64,000 nt of DNA from a virus. A program made the position numbers and the translations under genes. The notes beneath the pieces were generated by a model, which made no database searches, was not told the origin of the DNA, and saw nothing but the letters and a program-made list of their open reading frames with translations. The DNA lies in IMG/VR virus record IMGVR_UViG_3300043468_001540, positions 37,995 through 101,994 of that record; one strand, written 5' to 3'. Below, piece by piece: positions 9,455-18,608 of the stretch (positions within the stretch are counted from its first letter, which is position 1; the number at the start of each line of letters is the position of its first letter).

Positions 9455-10453
9455 TTAAAATAGGTCGTCTTCCGTAAAAGATTGATTCTTTTTAGAGTAT
9501 TCAACTGGCCTAGAATGAAAAAAGTCAGTCATGTTGTTTCCCAATAATTCTTCTTGAAACCAAATGGTTGAAGAAAGTATTTTATTATCAATCTCAAAAG
9601 CTTTCGGAAAACCAATTTGCACAAGTGATTCGTTAATTCTATTTTTAACAAATTCTTTCAAAATTATAGAGCTTAAGCCTTCTTCTTGAATGCCATTAAC
9701 CATCCAATCTATTATTTTAGATTCAGACTCATAAGCTTCTTTAGCTTCACTTATAACTTTTTCAAGTAGTTCGTCATCAAAAAGATCGGGATATTCTTCT
9801 CGTATTGTGTTAATAATTTTTATACCAACTAGGGCATGTATATTTTCTTCGTTGCGAGTATATTTTACTTGCTGATCAGTATCTTTTAAAACATTTTTAT
9901 GGCGAGCAAACCAGTTAATTATATAAAATTGAGAGAATAACGAAACATTTTCTACAAATAATGTAAAAAGAATAAGCGCGTATAGATATTGTTTCTTGCT
10001 ATCTTTATAAAACCTGTGGGTATATTTTTTAAGATATTTCACTCTCCCCTGTATCCAATCAAGCTTTAAGTTTTCTTCAAATATTTGTTCAAGACCAAGA
10101 GTCGTAATTAATCTTTCGTAGGCATTATTATGAATTACTTCTACGTTTGCCATAACATATCCTAGATCTGATAACGCTGGATGAGGTAAGTTTTCACCTA
10201 ATTTCGCCCAAAAAGTTTTTACCGCAATTTCAATTTGACCAATAGCGGATAAGGTTCTAATCACAATTTCTCTTTGCTGGTCTGTTAAAGATACTTTAAA
10301 TTGTTGAATATCTGACTTAAATGAAAATTCTTTATCGGTCCAAAACCCGTTATGCATGGATTCTATAAATTTATCAGTCCAAGGGTAAAGATTGGGCTTT
10401 CTAGAGATTTGTTCGTCAAAAATTCGAATCTTTGCGGCGTTATTTTTGTCCAT
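9455..10453 (-). CDS. nrdB: ribonucleotide reductase class Ia beta subunit
   Basis: FWTDKE, EVIHNNAY (ExxH plus radical Tyr), VENVSLFSQF, EENIH and DFFHSRPVEY. Confidence 0.95.
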   Translation of the reverse strand: MDKNNAAKIRIFDEQISRKPNLYPWTDKFIESMHNGFWTDKEFSFKSDIQQFKVSLTDQQREIVIRTLSAIGQIEIAVKTFWAKLGENLPHPALSDLGYVMANVEVIHNNAYERLITTLGLEQIFEENLKLDWIQGRVKYLKKYTHRFYKDSKKQYLYALILFTLFVENVSLFSQFYIINWFARHKNVLKDTDQQVKYTRNEENIHALVGIKIINTIREEYPDLFDDELLEKVISEAKEAYESESKIIDWMVNGIQEEGLSSIILKEFVKNRINESLVQIGFPKAFEIDNKILSSTIWFQEELLGNNMTDFFHSRPVEYSKKNQSFTEDDLF

Positions 10454-10501
10454 AGATATTTTTTACACGATAAAAAAGTTAAAAATTTTTTAAAATCAAT
10501 T

Positions 10502-11371
10502 CTAGAAATTTAATTTGTCTGTCTCTAAATTTCTGTATTTTAGAATTTCGTACAATTTATATTCAATATCTTTTTTTTGTTTAAAAATTGAAAAAATTTG
10601 TGTACCGTGATTTAAATCGGATCTTTCTTTTGAGTCTACTCCTACATGAGAGCGGGTAGGTAACACGTTTTTAATAAAATGCTCACTAAGAATAATACCA
10701 CACTTTTTATAAATAGAAACGAACGAACTCTCAAGATTTTCAATATCAAAAAATATTATTTTTTTTGTAATAGTATCTATCGTGTGTATATCGTCATTTT
10801 TTAATAAAACGCTATTTTTTTCTAAAAGGGAAGTCGCTAACCAAGAGTCTTGCATATCTTTTTTAACGTAGTCTTCAAAAGAAACGTCGCCATAAGGTTT
10901 ATGTATATCTTCATGCTTCGACGCTTCACTTCTTAAATAAAAGAACCAAGATTTTTCTCTTTCCCAGGGGTCTCTAATAGACATAAAATATAAAGGGTCA
11001 ATAGTTGTATAGTTACTTAAAATTATTTGCAAAAAGTTATTTCCAAAAAATCTTACTCCGTGACCGGTAACAACAATTGAATGAATTTTTAATTCTGTTT
11101 GCCATTTAAGCGCAATTGGAAGCTCATCTAATGGCATATACCAACCATACTGTGTATGACGAAAAGTATTATTTAAGTTAGATCCGTCAAAATTTTCAAC
11201 AAAAAGATGAAATAAATGATTTTGAGAGAAGTCATAAATATATAAAATAGACTTTTTATTTTTATTTCCGCTTTCAAAAAAGACTGCTTCTATTTTCTCG
11301 CGGATACTCATGCCGCCACACTTCGGATAATGAAGAAAAACAGGCGTTTTTGCTTTATTTATTTTTTCCAC
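10502..11371 (-). CDS. sulfotransferase-family protein
   Basis: FLHYPKCGGMSI (5'-PSB loop) and IRDPWEREKSWFFY (3'-PB motif). Confidence 0.75.
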   Translation of the reverse strand: MEKINKAKTPVFLHYPKCGGMSIREKIEAVFFESGNKNKKSILYIYDFSQNHLFHLFVENFDGSNLNNTFRHTQYGWYMPLDELPIALKWQTELKIHSIVVTGHGVRFFGNNFLQIILSNYTTIDPLYFMSIRDPWEREKSWFFYLRSEASKHEDIHKPYGDVSFEDYVKKDMQDSWLATSLLEKNSVLLKNDDIHTIDTITKKIIFFDIENLESSFVSIYKKCGIILSEHFIKNVLPTRSHVGVDSKERSDLNHGTQIFSIFKQKKDIEYKLYEILKYRNLETDKLNF

Positions 11372-11675
11372 GTTTCTTTTTCCAATCTTTTACGTAATCT
11401 TTTTTAATTGGATCATTTTTAGAACCGCCTCTTTTATCACTTAACTCTTTTGAGAGATCAAATAGATCGCCTAACGTACCGCTTTTTTTTGTTTTTTCTA
11501 AAAAAGCTTTTTTTGAATGAGGATCTATTCTAGAATCCATCATCATATTCGGTATTGTTAGAAGCCTATCCCATTTTACCCCATTTTTATCTATATAAAT
11601 TTTTTCATCCGACATCTTTAGCCAGACATCAATAGTTTCTTCTGTCTTTGGATGTTGGAAAGAATAAAATGGCAT
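11355..11675 (-). CDS. FmdB-like small protein (zinc-ribbon-like N-terminus without cysteines)
   Basis: MPFYSFQHP start resembles the MPxYxY/F of FmdB-family phage proteins; basic C-terminus. Confidence 0.5.
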   Translation of the reverse strand: MPFYSFQHPKTEETIDVWLKMSDEKIYIDKNGVKWDRLLTIPNMMMDSRIDPHSKKAFLEKTKKSGTLGDLFDLSKELSDKRGGSKNDPIKKDYVKDWKKKRGKNK

Positions 11676-12778
11676 TAAATATTTTCTAAAATAGAAATAA
11701 TTTTATTAGTAAAATTGGAATAAGTGAATTTTTCTTTTAATTTTAACCCCTCTGTATTAATAGGTGATTTAATAAAGTTTGACTCAGCGAGTTCCATTGC
11801 AGACACAAAGCTATCTTCATTCCAATCAAAAATTGACCCCTGGTTGAATAAAGCTCCTTCTTTAAAGAATATATTATCATACGCAGGAATTTTTCCAGTT
11901 GGATTAACTAAAGTTGTATTCTCTGGAGTCATCCAGTCTTTATAAGCATGAGCGTTTAAACCAACGCAATGCTTTCCCATGGCCACCGTCTGAAATTCTG
12001 GAAGCCCCCAGCCTTCTCCTCCACTCATGGCTAACACAATGTCCGTATTATTTAAGACTTCGTTGTATTGTTCATTCTCTGGTAGATGGGGAAGAAAATT
12101 GATATTCCAATATTTTTGACCTCCAAGCCCGCTCATTATAATTTGTGATTGTGCATTAGGGTCAATAAATGGATTGAAAATAGTACAATTCAATCGATAT
12201 TTTGGATTATTGCCATATTTCTTTGCCCAAGAAGACAGGACTTTTAAGTGCCGTTTTCTTTGAGGCTCTAATTTTCCGAATAGACCAAACTCAATAACAT
12301 CTTTGTTTTCTTTTCGTTCTTTTTGTTTAAAATGACAAGAATCGAACGCTAAAGGCAAAAACTCTAAATTTTTTGCCCCAAACTCCTCAAATTTTGAAAT
12401 TGTATAATTACTTGAAAACAAAGTTTTAAAGTTGTTTTTAGCTATATTTAGCTCTACTGGGGTAGGGGAATCTAGCTCATAAAAACTCAATAAAACCTGT
12501 TCTTTCGATAAAGATTCTAAAGAACCATTTAAATGCCAAATTTTAAATACCGGCGACGTTTTAGAATGATTATAAAGCCCCTCTCTAATAGAGGAGTCTA
12601 GCCATTGATTAAAAGCCGGATCTTGCTTTTGAGACTTGTTGTCAATTTGACCTATCGGAAATAGTGAAATTTCTCTCTTTTGATTAAAGAGTTCCCTCAA
12701 TAGGGAGAATGATACTTGCCCTAAAGAGGTACTATTTAAAGGTAGATGAAATGCGAGTTTACTCATTTCAAAACGCAA
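11675..12778 (-). CDS. GT4-family (GT-B) glycosyltransferase
   Basis: FGLFGKLEPQRKRH and AMSGGEGWGLPEFQ motifs. Confidence 0.8.
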   Translation of the reverse strand: MRFEMSKLAFHLPLNSTSLGQVSFSLLRELFNQKREISLFPIGQIDNKSQKQDPAFNQWLDSSIREGLYNHSKTSPVFKIWHLNGSLESLSKEQVLLSFYELDSPTPVELNIAKNNFKTLFSSNYTISKFEEFGAKNLEFLPLAFDSCHFKQKERKENKDVIEFGLFGKLEPQRKRHLKVLSSWAKKYGNNPKYRLNCTIFNPFIDPNAQSQIIMSGLGGQKYWNINFLPHLPENEQYNEVLNNTDIVLAMSGGEGWGLPEFQTVAMGKHCVGLNAHAYKDWMTPENTTLVNPTGKIPAYDNIFFKEGALFNQGSIFDWNEDSFVSAMELAESNFIKSPINTEGLKLKEKFTYSNFTNKIISILENI

Positions 12779-13061
12779 TATCTTCTTCTACGGGGGGAGT
12801 AGGGGACTTCTCTATTTCTGGCAGCTTTGCTTTTGTTTGCTTTGGCGCTCCTGCTTCAGAAGGAGTTGTTTCTTCTAGATATAAGCGGTAATCCGGTTGA
12901 CTTGATCCTTCTGTCTTATAAGAATTCTTAAAAATTACAAATTTAACAAGTTCTCCAGAACTTGTAGTTAAGTTCCCAGAAAGAAACTTGTTGCCTTGCT
13001 TTGATGTTCTAACCCAGAGAGCCCCTGAGTCTTTTCTTTTTTGCATGTTGTCTTTTTCCAT
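12768..13061 (-). CDS. DUF736-like / putative ssDNA-binding protein
   Basis: GALW...GNKFLSG...FKN...QPDYRLY core; acidic-aromatic tail EEDIAF resembling the SSB DDIPF tail. Confidence 0.55.
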   Translation of the reverse strand: MEKDNMQKRKDSGALWVRTSKQGNKFLSGNLTTSSGELVKFVIFKNSYKTEGSSQPDYRLYLEETTPSEAGAPKQTKAKLPEIEKSPTPPVEEDIAF

Positions 13062-13068
13062 AATTATT

Positions 13069-13099
13069 ATTATATATTAATATTTTTATCTTTTGTCAA
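13069..13099 (-). promoter_or_regulatory. possible sigma70-type promoter
   Basis: Minus strand: TTGACA (13099-13094) with TATATA at 17-nt spacing or TATAAT at 19-nt spacing, just upstream of the ATG at 13061. Confidence 0.4.
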
Positions 13100-13669
13100 C
13101 TTTTTTTTAGCAATCTTTATAAATTTATTATGCCAATTCAGGGCTGTTTGGGCTGTAACGTTTAAAATCTTACCGATTTCGTTATAATTCAAAACCTCTC
13201 CGTCTTTGTAAAAGTATCTATAATAGATAACGTCTTTTATTTTTTTATCTTGAATCTTATTCAAGATATCTTTGACATTAAAGATAAGTTCTCCTTCTGC
13301 CTTTTTTTCTCTAGCATTCTCACTATTTATTAGAAATTCTAGAGAAGAATCATCTGTTATGATTAACCGATTATTTTTATTTTTTAAATTTAAACAAAAA
13401 TATCTTATCTGATTTGCTAGCCATGTCGAAAATTTTACTTTCATTTTCGGATTAAATGACTTTATAGTTTCGAATAATATATTATACCTATTTGATGTAA
13501 ATTCGTCGAAATTGGAATTATTAAATCCAATAATCTTTGAAGATATTGAGGAAAATAATTTGATATGCCTCTCAAACAACGACTGAAAAGAAGCCGAGCA
13601 GTTTTTAGTTAAAACGTTTTCGCATAGCTCTAAGTCAGTAGAGGGTTTGATTTTTTTAGTTAATTTCAC
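13070..13669 (-). CDS. sigma70-family RNA polymerase sigma factor-like protein
   Basis: Region 2-like FNPKMKVKFSTWLANQIRY and region 4 HTH NYNEIGKILNVTAQTALNWH; GTG start. Confidence 0.78.
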   Translation of the reverse strand: MKLTKKIKPSTDLELCENVLTKNCSASFQSLFERHIKLFSSISSKIIGFNNSNFDEFTSNRYNILFETIKSFNPKMKVKFSTWLANQIRYFCLNLKNKNNRLIITDDSSLEFLINSENAREKKAEGELIFNVKDILNKIQDKKIKDVIYYRYFYKDGEVLNYNEIGKILNVTAQTALNWHNKFIKIAKKKLTKDKNINI

Positions 13670-13730
13670 TACCGAAGTGTAGACTGATTTTTATTTAAAA
13701 GCAATTTATTTTTGATTTCAAAAACGAAAT

Positions 13731-13794
13731 AACTTAAAATAATTAAGTTTTACGAACGGATGTGAGTAAAAATGACTGAACGCAGTGAGGTCAT
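13731..13794. other. cluster of three adjacent hairpins in the divergent intergenic region (candidate origin or ssDNA signal)
   Basis: AACTTAA-aataa-TTAAGTT; TTTTAC-GAACGGATGTGA-GTAAAA; ATGACT-GAACGCAGTGA-GGTCAT. Confidence 0.5.
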
Positions 13795-13815
13795 CAATCG
13801 AACAATATTACCTAT

Positions 13816-14241
13816 ATGAATTATTTTTTTAAAGACATGTCAAGTATTTTTTTTATAATAACCATTTTAAATTTTGCACTACTTGTTCATTTATGGTTTA
13901 ATACAGATTTTTTCGCTTACTACGTAAAACTATTTAAGAAATTAATTCCAATTAAATTTTTTAATTTCCTACTAATAGAAGAATACTTTTCTCATGATCA
14001 TTCGAAGATTTCTTTTCAAAGTTACATTGATTTTTTTGCTTACAAAAAATCGTCTTCAAAAGATTTCTTGTTTTTATTTCTTTTAAAAATTTTATCATGC
14101 AAAATGTGCCTCACTGTATGGTTATCTATTATAATATCTATTGTATTTAATAATATATATTTACTAGGTTTAATTTATCTCTTATTAAGAATTGTGGATT
14201 TTATTTTAGAAAAAATTACATTTAAATCTAATACTAAATAA
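13816..14241 (+). CDS. membrane protein with CxxC (DUF1360-like)
   Basis: Several hydrophobic segments; LSCKMCLTVW. Confidence 0.55.
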   Translation: MNYFFKDMSSIFFIITILNFALLVHLWFNTDFFAYYVKLFKKLIPIKFFNFLLIEEYFSHDHSKISFQSYIDFFAYKKSSSKDFLFLFLLKILSCKMCLTVWLSIIISIVFNNIYLLGLIYLLLRIVDFILEKITFKSNTK

Positions 14242-14248
14242 GAACGAT

Positions 14249-14701
14249 ATGAAAAGGCTAGAATTTTATAAACCACAAAAAAGTGGAAACGGGGCGTGTT
14301 GTACATTTCAATATACAATTGATCAAGAAGACGTAAAAAAAACAGGATTTTACGTAAATATTATAAAACAATCCTCATGGGATGAGTCTTCAAGAACGGG
14401 GTCTTTTAAAACTAACGTCAACAATCCAGAAAAACATAAAAAAATAAAATTGAATGAAAATGAAATTGCGTCTATAATCAACGTAATTGAATTAAACGGA
14501 ACTCAAAAGTTTTCAACAGTGCATGTTAATGGTCAAAATAAAACACCTTTCTTTTTTGAACCTTTTTTAAGAGAAAATGTATTTGTTGGATATTTATTAA
14601 AAATATCGAACTTGAGCATTGCTTTTACATTGCCGGAATCTGTTAATATCAGAGAGTATTGCAAAGCCTCTTTGAGGGAAATTTATTCTTCATCAAAGTA
14701 A
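14249..14701 (+). CDS. hypothetical protein, possibly Whirly/PC4-like ssDNA-binding fold
   Basis: FYKP...beta-rich segment...W...KIKLNENEIASII pattern. The fold call is tentative. Confidence 0.4.
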   Translation: MKRLEFYKPQKSGNGACCTFQYTIDQEDVKKTGFYVNIIKQSSWDESSRTGSFKTNVNNPEKHKKIKLNENEIASIINVIELNGTQKFSTVHVNGQNKTPFFFEPFLRENVFVGYLLKISNLSIAFTLPESVNIREYCKASLREIYSSSK

Positions 14702-14708
14702 AAAAATA

Positions 14709-16622
14709 ATGAGAAAAAAAAGAATTTTATATTTGAGCGATTACGCTGGAGCGTATACTGGTTTTGGAAAACAAACTAAACTTTTATTAACTTACCTTTA
14801 CAAAACTGGTAAATATGAAATTTTAAATTTAGCGCAAGGCACCAGAAAAGATGGCCCGCACCAAACCAAATTTCCATGGAAAACCCTTGGGGTAATTCCT
14901 ACCGATCCGTCTTTCAATGATAAATGTTCAAAAGATCCAAATTTACCAAGAGCAGCGTCATATGGAATTCTAGAAATAAATAATGCAGTAAAAGAATTTA
15001 AGCCCGACGTCATTTTCTCTGTAAATGATACCTGGGGATCTCAGTTTATTGCAGATCAACCATTTTCTTCTAAAATTCCGTATGTGTGCTGGAATACTTT
15101 TGACTCGCTCCCACTATTGAAAGATACGGTTGAAAAAGCAGGTAAAATTAAAAACTATTGGACTTGGAGTGATTTTGCAAGAAAAGAGTTTCATCGACTG
15201 GGATTTGAACATGTAAAAAATCAATATCCATTAGTCAATACTGATAGGTTTTATAAACTACCCGCCCAAAAAATAAATGAAATAAAAATTCAAAACTCTT
15301 TACCTGTTGATAGCTTTATTATCGGCTTTGTTTTTCGGAACCAATTAAGAAAACTAATCAATACTCAGATTGAAGCTTTCTCAATTTTTAAGAGAAAAAA
15401 TCCACATATTAAAAATGTGTATTTATATACACATACTCATTACTCTGAAGGTTGGAATATTCCTGATCTTTGTAAGCAATATGGAGTAAACCCAGAAGAA
15501 GTTTTATGTACTTATATTTGTACCGTAACTAGGCAATATTTTATACTTCCGTTTAGAGGGCAAAATATAGAAAATCCAATAACGAAATCAAAAACTCTAA
15601 TAACATCTAACGCTGAAATTGGAGTTACAGACGAACAGTTAAATGAAATTTACAACATTTTTTCATTATATTCTCATCCAGCTACATCTGGAGCGTGCGA
15701 GTTACCATGCGTTGAAGCTGCTTTAACAGAAAAAATTATAACAACTTGCGCTTATTCATTTGGAGATGATATAATAAACCTCAACAAAGGTAGCATTCCA
15801 ATGCTATTTAATTTTTACACTGAGCATGGGACACAATTTTTAAAATCACAACCTTATCCAGAAAGCATAGCCGATATCTTCTTACAAGTCTATTCAATGG
15901 ACATGAATAAAAAACTTGAATTAGAAAAACTATCAAGACAATGGGGTTTAGAAAACTACTCAATAGAAACAAATGGAAAAAAAATTGAAAATTTTATTGA
16001 TGATTGCTGCGATTTTTTAGATTTTGAAAACATCGATTTAACAAAATCATCGGCTAATAACCCTAATCCTAATGCTGTAGTTGAACATACTCCGGATAAT
16101 AAACAATGGGTAAAAAATTTATACAAGTTCATTCTAGATAGGGAAGTTTCAGATCAGGACGAAGGGCTTTTGCACTGGCTTCAAAAAATTAGCATGAACG
16201 CCCCAAAAGAACAAATTGAGCAATATTTTAGGCAAGTCGCCTCTCAAGAGCAGGCTAAAAATAATCCTATTCAATTTGAAGAACTCTTAGATAAAAATGA
16301 TAAGGGCAAAAGAGGTATTTTTGTGGTTCCAGGTTCGAAGTCAGATGTTTTATGCTCGATAAGTTTAGCGGAATCTTTTAAATCTACATATCCAAATTAT
16401 AATTTATATGTAGCAGTAAAATCAGAAAATTTTGATGTTATTGAAGGAAATCCCCTTGTTCATAAAATTTTGCCATATGTTGAAGAATTCAATAACCAAA
16501 ATTGGTTAGAAGGTACAAAAGAAAATCCTGGTAATTTTGAAATTTCTTTTGTATTTTTGCCTGGCGATTTATATCGATATAACAATAAAATAAAAGCTAA
16601 CTTAAATCTTCAATCATGCTAA
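14709..16622 (+). CDS. GT4-like glycosyltransferase with additional C-terminal domains
   Basis: YTGFGKQ, FKPDVIF, FVFRNQLRK, PATSGACELPCVEAA; then LYKFILDRE.D.EGLLHW (DUF4214-like) and a GT9-like tail (SDVLCS...GNPLVHKI). Confidence 0.7.
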   Translation: MRKKRILYLSDYAGAYTGFGKQTKLLLTYLYKTGKYEILNLAQGTRKDGPHQTKFPWKTLGVIPTDPSFNDKCSKDPNLPRAASYGILEINNAVKEFKPDVIFSVNDTWGSQFIADQPFSSKIPYVCWNTFDSLPLLKDTVEKAGKIKNYWTWSDFARKEFHRLGFEHVKNQYPLVNTDRFYKLPAQKINEIKIQNSLPVDSFIIGFVFRNQLRKLINTQIEAFSIFKRKNPHIKNVYLYTHTHYSEGWNIPDLCKQYGVNPEEVLCTYICTVTRQYFILPFRGQNIENPITKSKTLITSNAEIGVTDEQLNEIYNIFSLYSHPATSGACELPCVEAALTEKIITTCAYSFGDDIINLNKGSIPMLFNFYTEHGTQFLKSQPYPESIADIFLQVYSMDMNKKLELEKLSRQWGLENYSIETNGKKIENFIDDCCDFLDFENIDLTKSSANNPNPNAVVEHTPDNKQWVKNLYKFILDREVSDQDEGLLHWLQKISMNAPKEQIEQYFRQVASQEQAKNNPIQFEELLDKNDKGKRGIFVVPGSKSDVLCSISLAESFKSTYPNYNLYVAVKSENFDVIEGNPLVHKILPYVEEFNNQNWLEGTKENPGNFEISFVFLPGDLYRYNNKIKANLNLQSC

Positions 16623-17806
16623 CATTAGAAAATTATTCCTTAAACTCAGGTTTAAAATACTCAAAACCAATTATACATGAAGTCTTCTATCCAATTACTG
16701 CTAGCAAGTATATTATAATAGAAACAACGGATAAAAAAGAAGAAGGCATTTCAAAATCAACAATTTGGTCTCAAATTGCTATTGATTTAGACAGCGTGCT
16801 AGCTAAACAAAATTCTGATATTAAAATACTTTTATTAAGCCCCCAAGGATACGGAATAGATGAAACAAAAAACATTATTTCCTTAAATAGGAAAAGCATC
16901 ACGTTTAAGCAGTTAGCATATATTATTAAAAATAGCTTACTATATTGCGGAGAAAAAGATGATTCTATCATGCTCGCTTCTATTTTCGAAAAAAAAATAG
17001 TTCAAGTTTCAAGCTTTGTCAGCAGTTCTAAACCTTTTTGGTCGGATTCTAAAGATTATATTTCAATTGATTCCGAAGATATAAATACACCAATATACCC
17101 AGAAATTATCACTAACTCTATTCTAGATAAATTAAATCTAAATAAACTTAAAAATCATAAAACAATTTATATAGGTAGCAACTATATTTCTCCAATTATT
17201 TTAGAAAGTACGCCGGATATGGTTTGCACCAATGTTGCGGTTAACATGCCATTACATATTAGATATGATTTCGTAAAATCTTTTTCAGAGGAAGATATAA
17301 GAAATACTATTTCTAACCTGCAAGGAAGAAAATGCGCAATAATTACCAATAAAAATATTCCGATTGAAAGTTTCTATCCATTAAAAGATAATATTATCTA
17401 TATAGTTTACGACGTAACAGAGTCCTTGGATATAGATTTTCTTAAAAAAGCAAATTTTGTTTCTAGTAACATTAAATTAATCTTTTTAAAAAAGAGTCCT
17501 CTTGATGATCCCATAATAGAAAAAAGAAAATTTGATCTAATAGATACTCATTATATATTAGAAATAATCGATATGTCTAATAAAAAAGTGGCGGATATAG
17601 ACTTTAAAAGCAACGCCTCCTACAAAAGCAAAAAAATTCTTTTATCTAAAAATAAAGTTTTTTATAGCAAAGCTGCAATGTTGTCGGGCAAACCAATTCA
17701 AAGCGCATCAGAAAATGTGTATCAAAAAATTTCAGAAATAAGCCCAAAATACCGAGACGATTTCTTAAAAGAAGAAATAGATTTCTGTTATTTATCATTG
17801 ACATAA
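16616..17806 (+). CDS. GT9/heptosyltransferase-like hypothetical protein
   Basis: TFKQLAYIIKNSLLYCGEKDDSIMLASIFEKKIV resembles a degenerate GT9 C-terminal motif; translationally coupled to the upstream GT. Confidence 0.45.
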   Translation: MLTLENYSLNSGLKYSKPIIHEVFYPITASKYIIIETTDKKEEGISKSTIWSQIAIDLDSVLAKQNSDIKILLLSPQGYGIDETKNIISLNRKSITFKQLAYIIKNSLLYCGEKDDSIMLASIFEKKIVQVSSFVSSSKPFWSDSKDYISIDSEDINTPIYPEIITNSILDKLNLNKLKNHKTIYIGSNYISPIILESTPDMVCTNVAVNMPLHIRYDFVKSFSEEDIRNTISNLQGRKCAIITNKNIPIESFYPLKDNIIYIVYDVTESLDIDFLKKANFVSSNIKLIFLKKSPLDDPIIEKRKFDLIDTHYILEIIDMSNKKVADIDFKSNASYKSKKILLSKNKVFYSKAAMLSGKPIQSASENVYQKISEISPKYRDDFLKEEIDFCYLSLT

Positions 17807-17834
17807 TTTTCATATTATATCAATATATGAAGAT

Positions 17835-18608
17835 ATGGAACAAAACGAATTTTTCCAAAAAATATCGAAATGCGCCCGCAATGAGTATGGGTTGATGTCA
17901 TCTGTTGAATATATATTAAACGATGACAATACAATTAATTGGCGATCAATGCTTAAAAAAGAGCATCTAGTCCCGAACAGAGATGCCTTTAAAGATAAAT
18001 CTAATCTAAAAAATATAGACGTCTCTACACTTCCAGACAATCAATTATTAATTTTGCTCGCCGGAATTAAAGAACTAGCTCAAATCCGTGGCTTTAATAA
18101 TGTTAAATATAAAGTAATACAGGCCAGTCCAGAGTATGTAGCTGTAAAATGCACTATTAACTGGATTCCTAATTTTGAAACGAATAATCAGCCAGTATCA
18201 TTCTCTGCCCTTGCGGACGCACATCTAGACAATACAAAAGATTTTGCTAAAAATTTTTTAATGGCAATTGCAGAAAACAGGGCTTTTATTCGGTGTGTTC
18301 GAAATTTTCTAAAAATAAATATTGTTGGAAATGATGAAATAGGAAAAACAACTTCTTCTGTTGAGGCCCTGATAACAGAAAATGAACATCCAAATATGGA
18401 TATAGCCCAACCGATTGCTCTATTGAAACAAACAATGGAAAAATATGGTATTTCTTTTGATCAAATAAAAGAAAGGGCTGTTCAGAAAAATATGGATGGG
18501 GCTATAAACTGGTCAAGTATAGAAGACATGACACCATTGGCAATGTTTACAGTTATTAGTGGGATAAAAAAACGGGCAAAATCTAAGTCACAGGTGGAGG
18601 AAAAATAG
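17835..18608 (+). CDS. putative single-strand annealing protein
   Basis: LILLAGIKELA...VKCTI...LMAIAENRAFIRCVR resembles the MAxxRAxxRA helix of phage SSAPs; TTGACA at 17798 upstream. Confidence 0.5.
   Translation: MEQNEFFQKISKCARNEYGLMSSVEYILNDDNTINWRSMLKKEHLVPNRDAFKDKSNLKNIDVSTLPDNQLLILLAGIKELAQIRGFNNVKYKVIQASPEYVAVKCTINWIPNFETNNQPVSFSALADAHLDNTKDFAKNFLMAIAENRAFIRCVRNFLKINIVGNDEIGKTTSSVEALITENEHPNMDIAQPIALLKQTMEKYGISFDQIKERAVQKNMDGAINWSSIEDMTPLAMFTVISGIKKRAKSKSQVEEK

Noticed and set aside
5480-10453. Introns or inteins in recA, nrdA or nrdB
   Set aside because: All three are uninterrupted and of compact length, with motifs at normal spacing.
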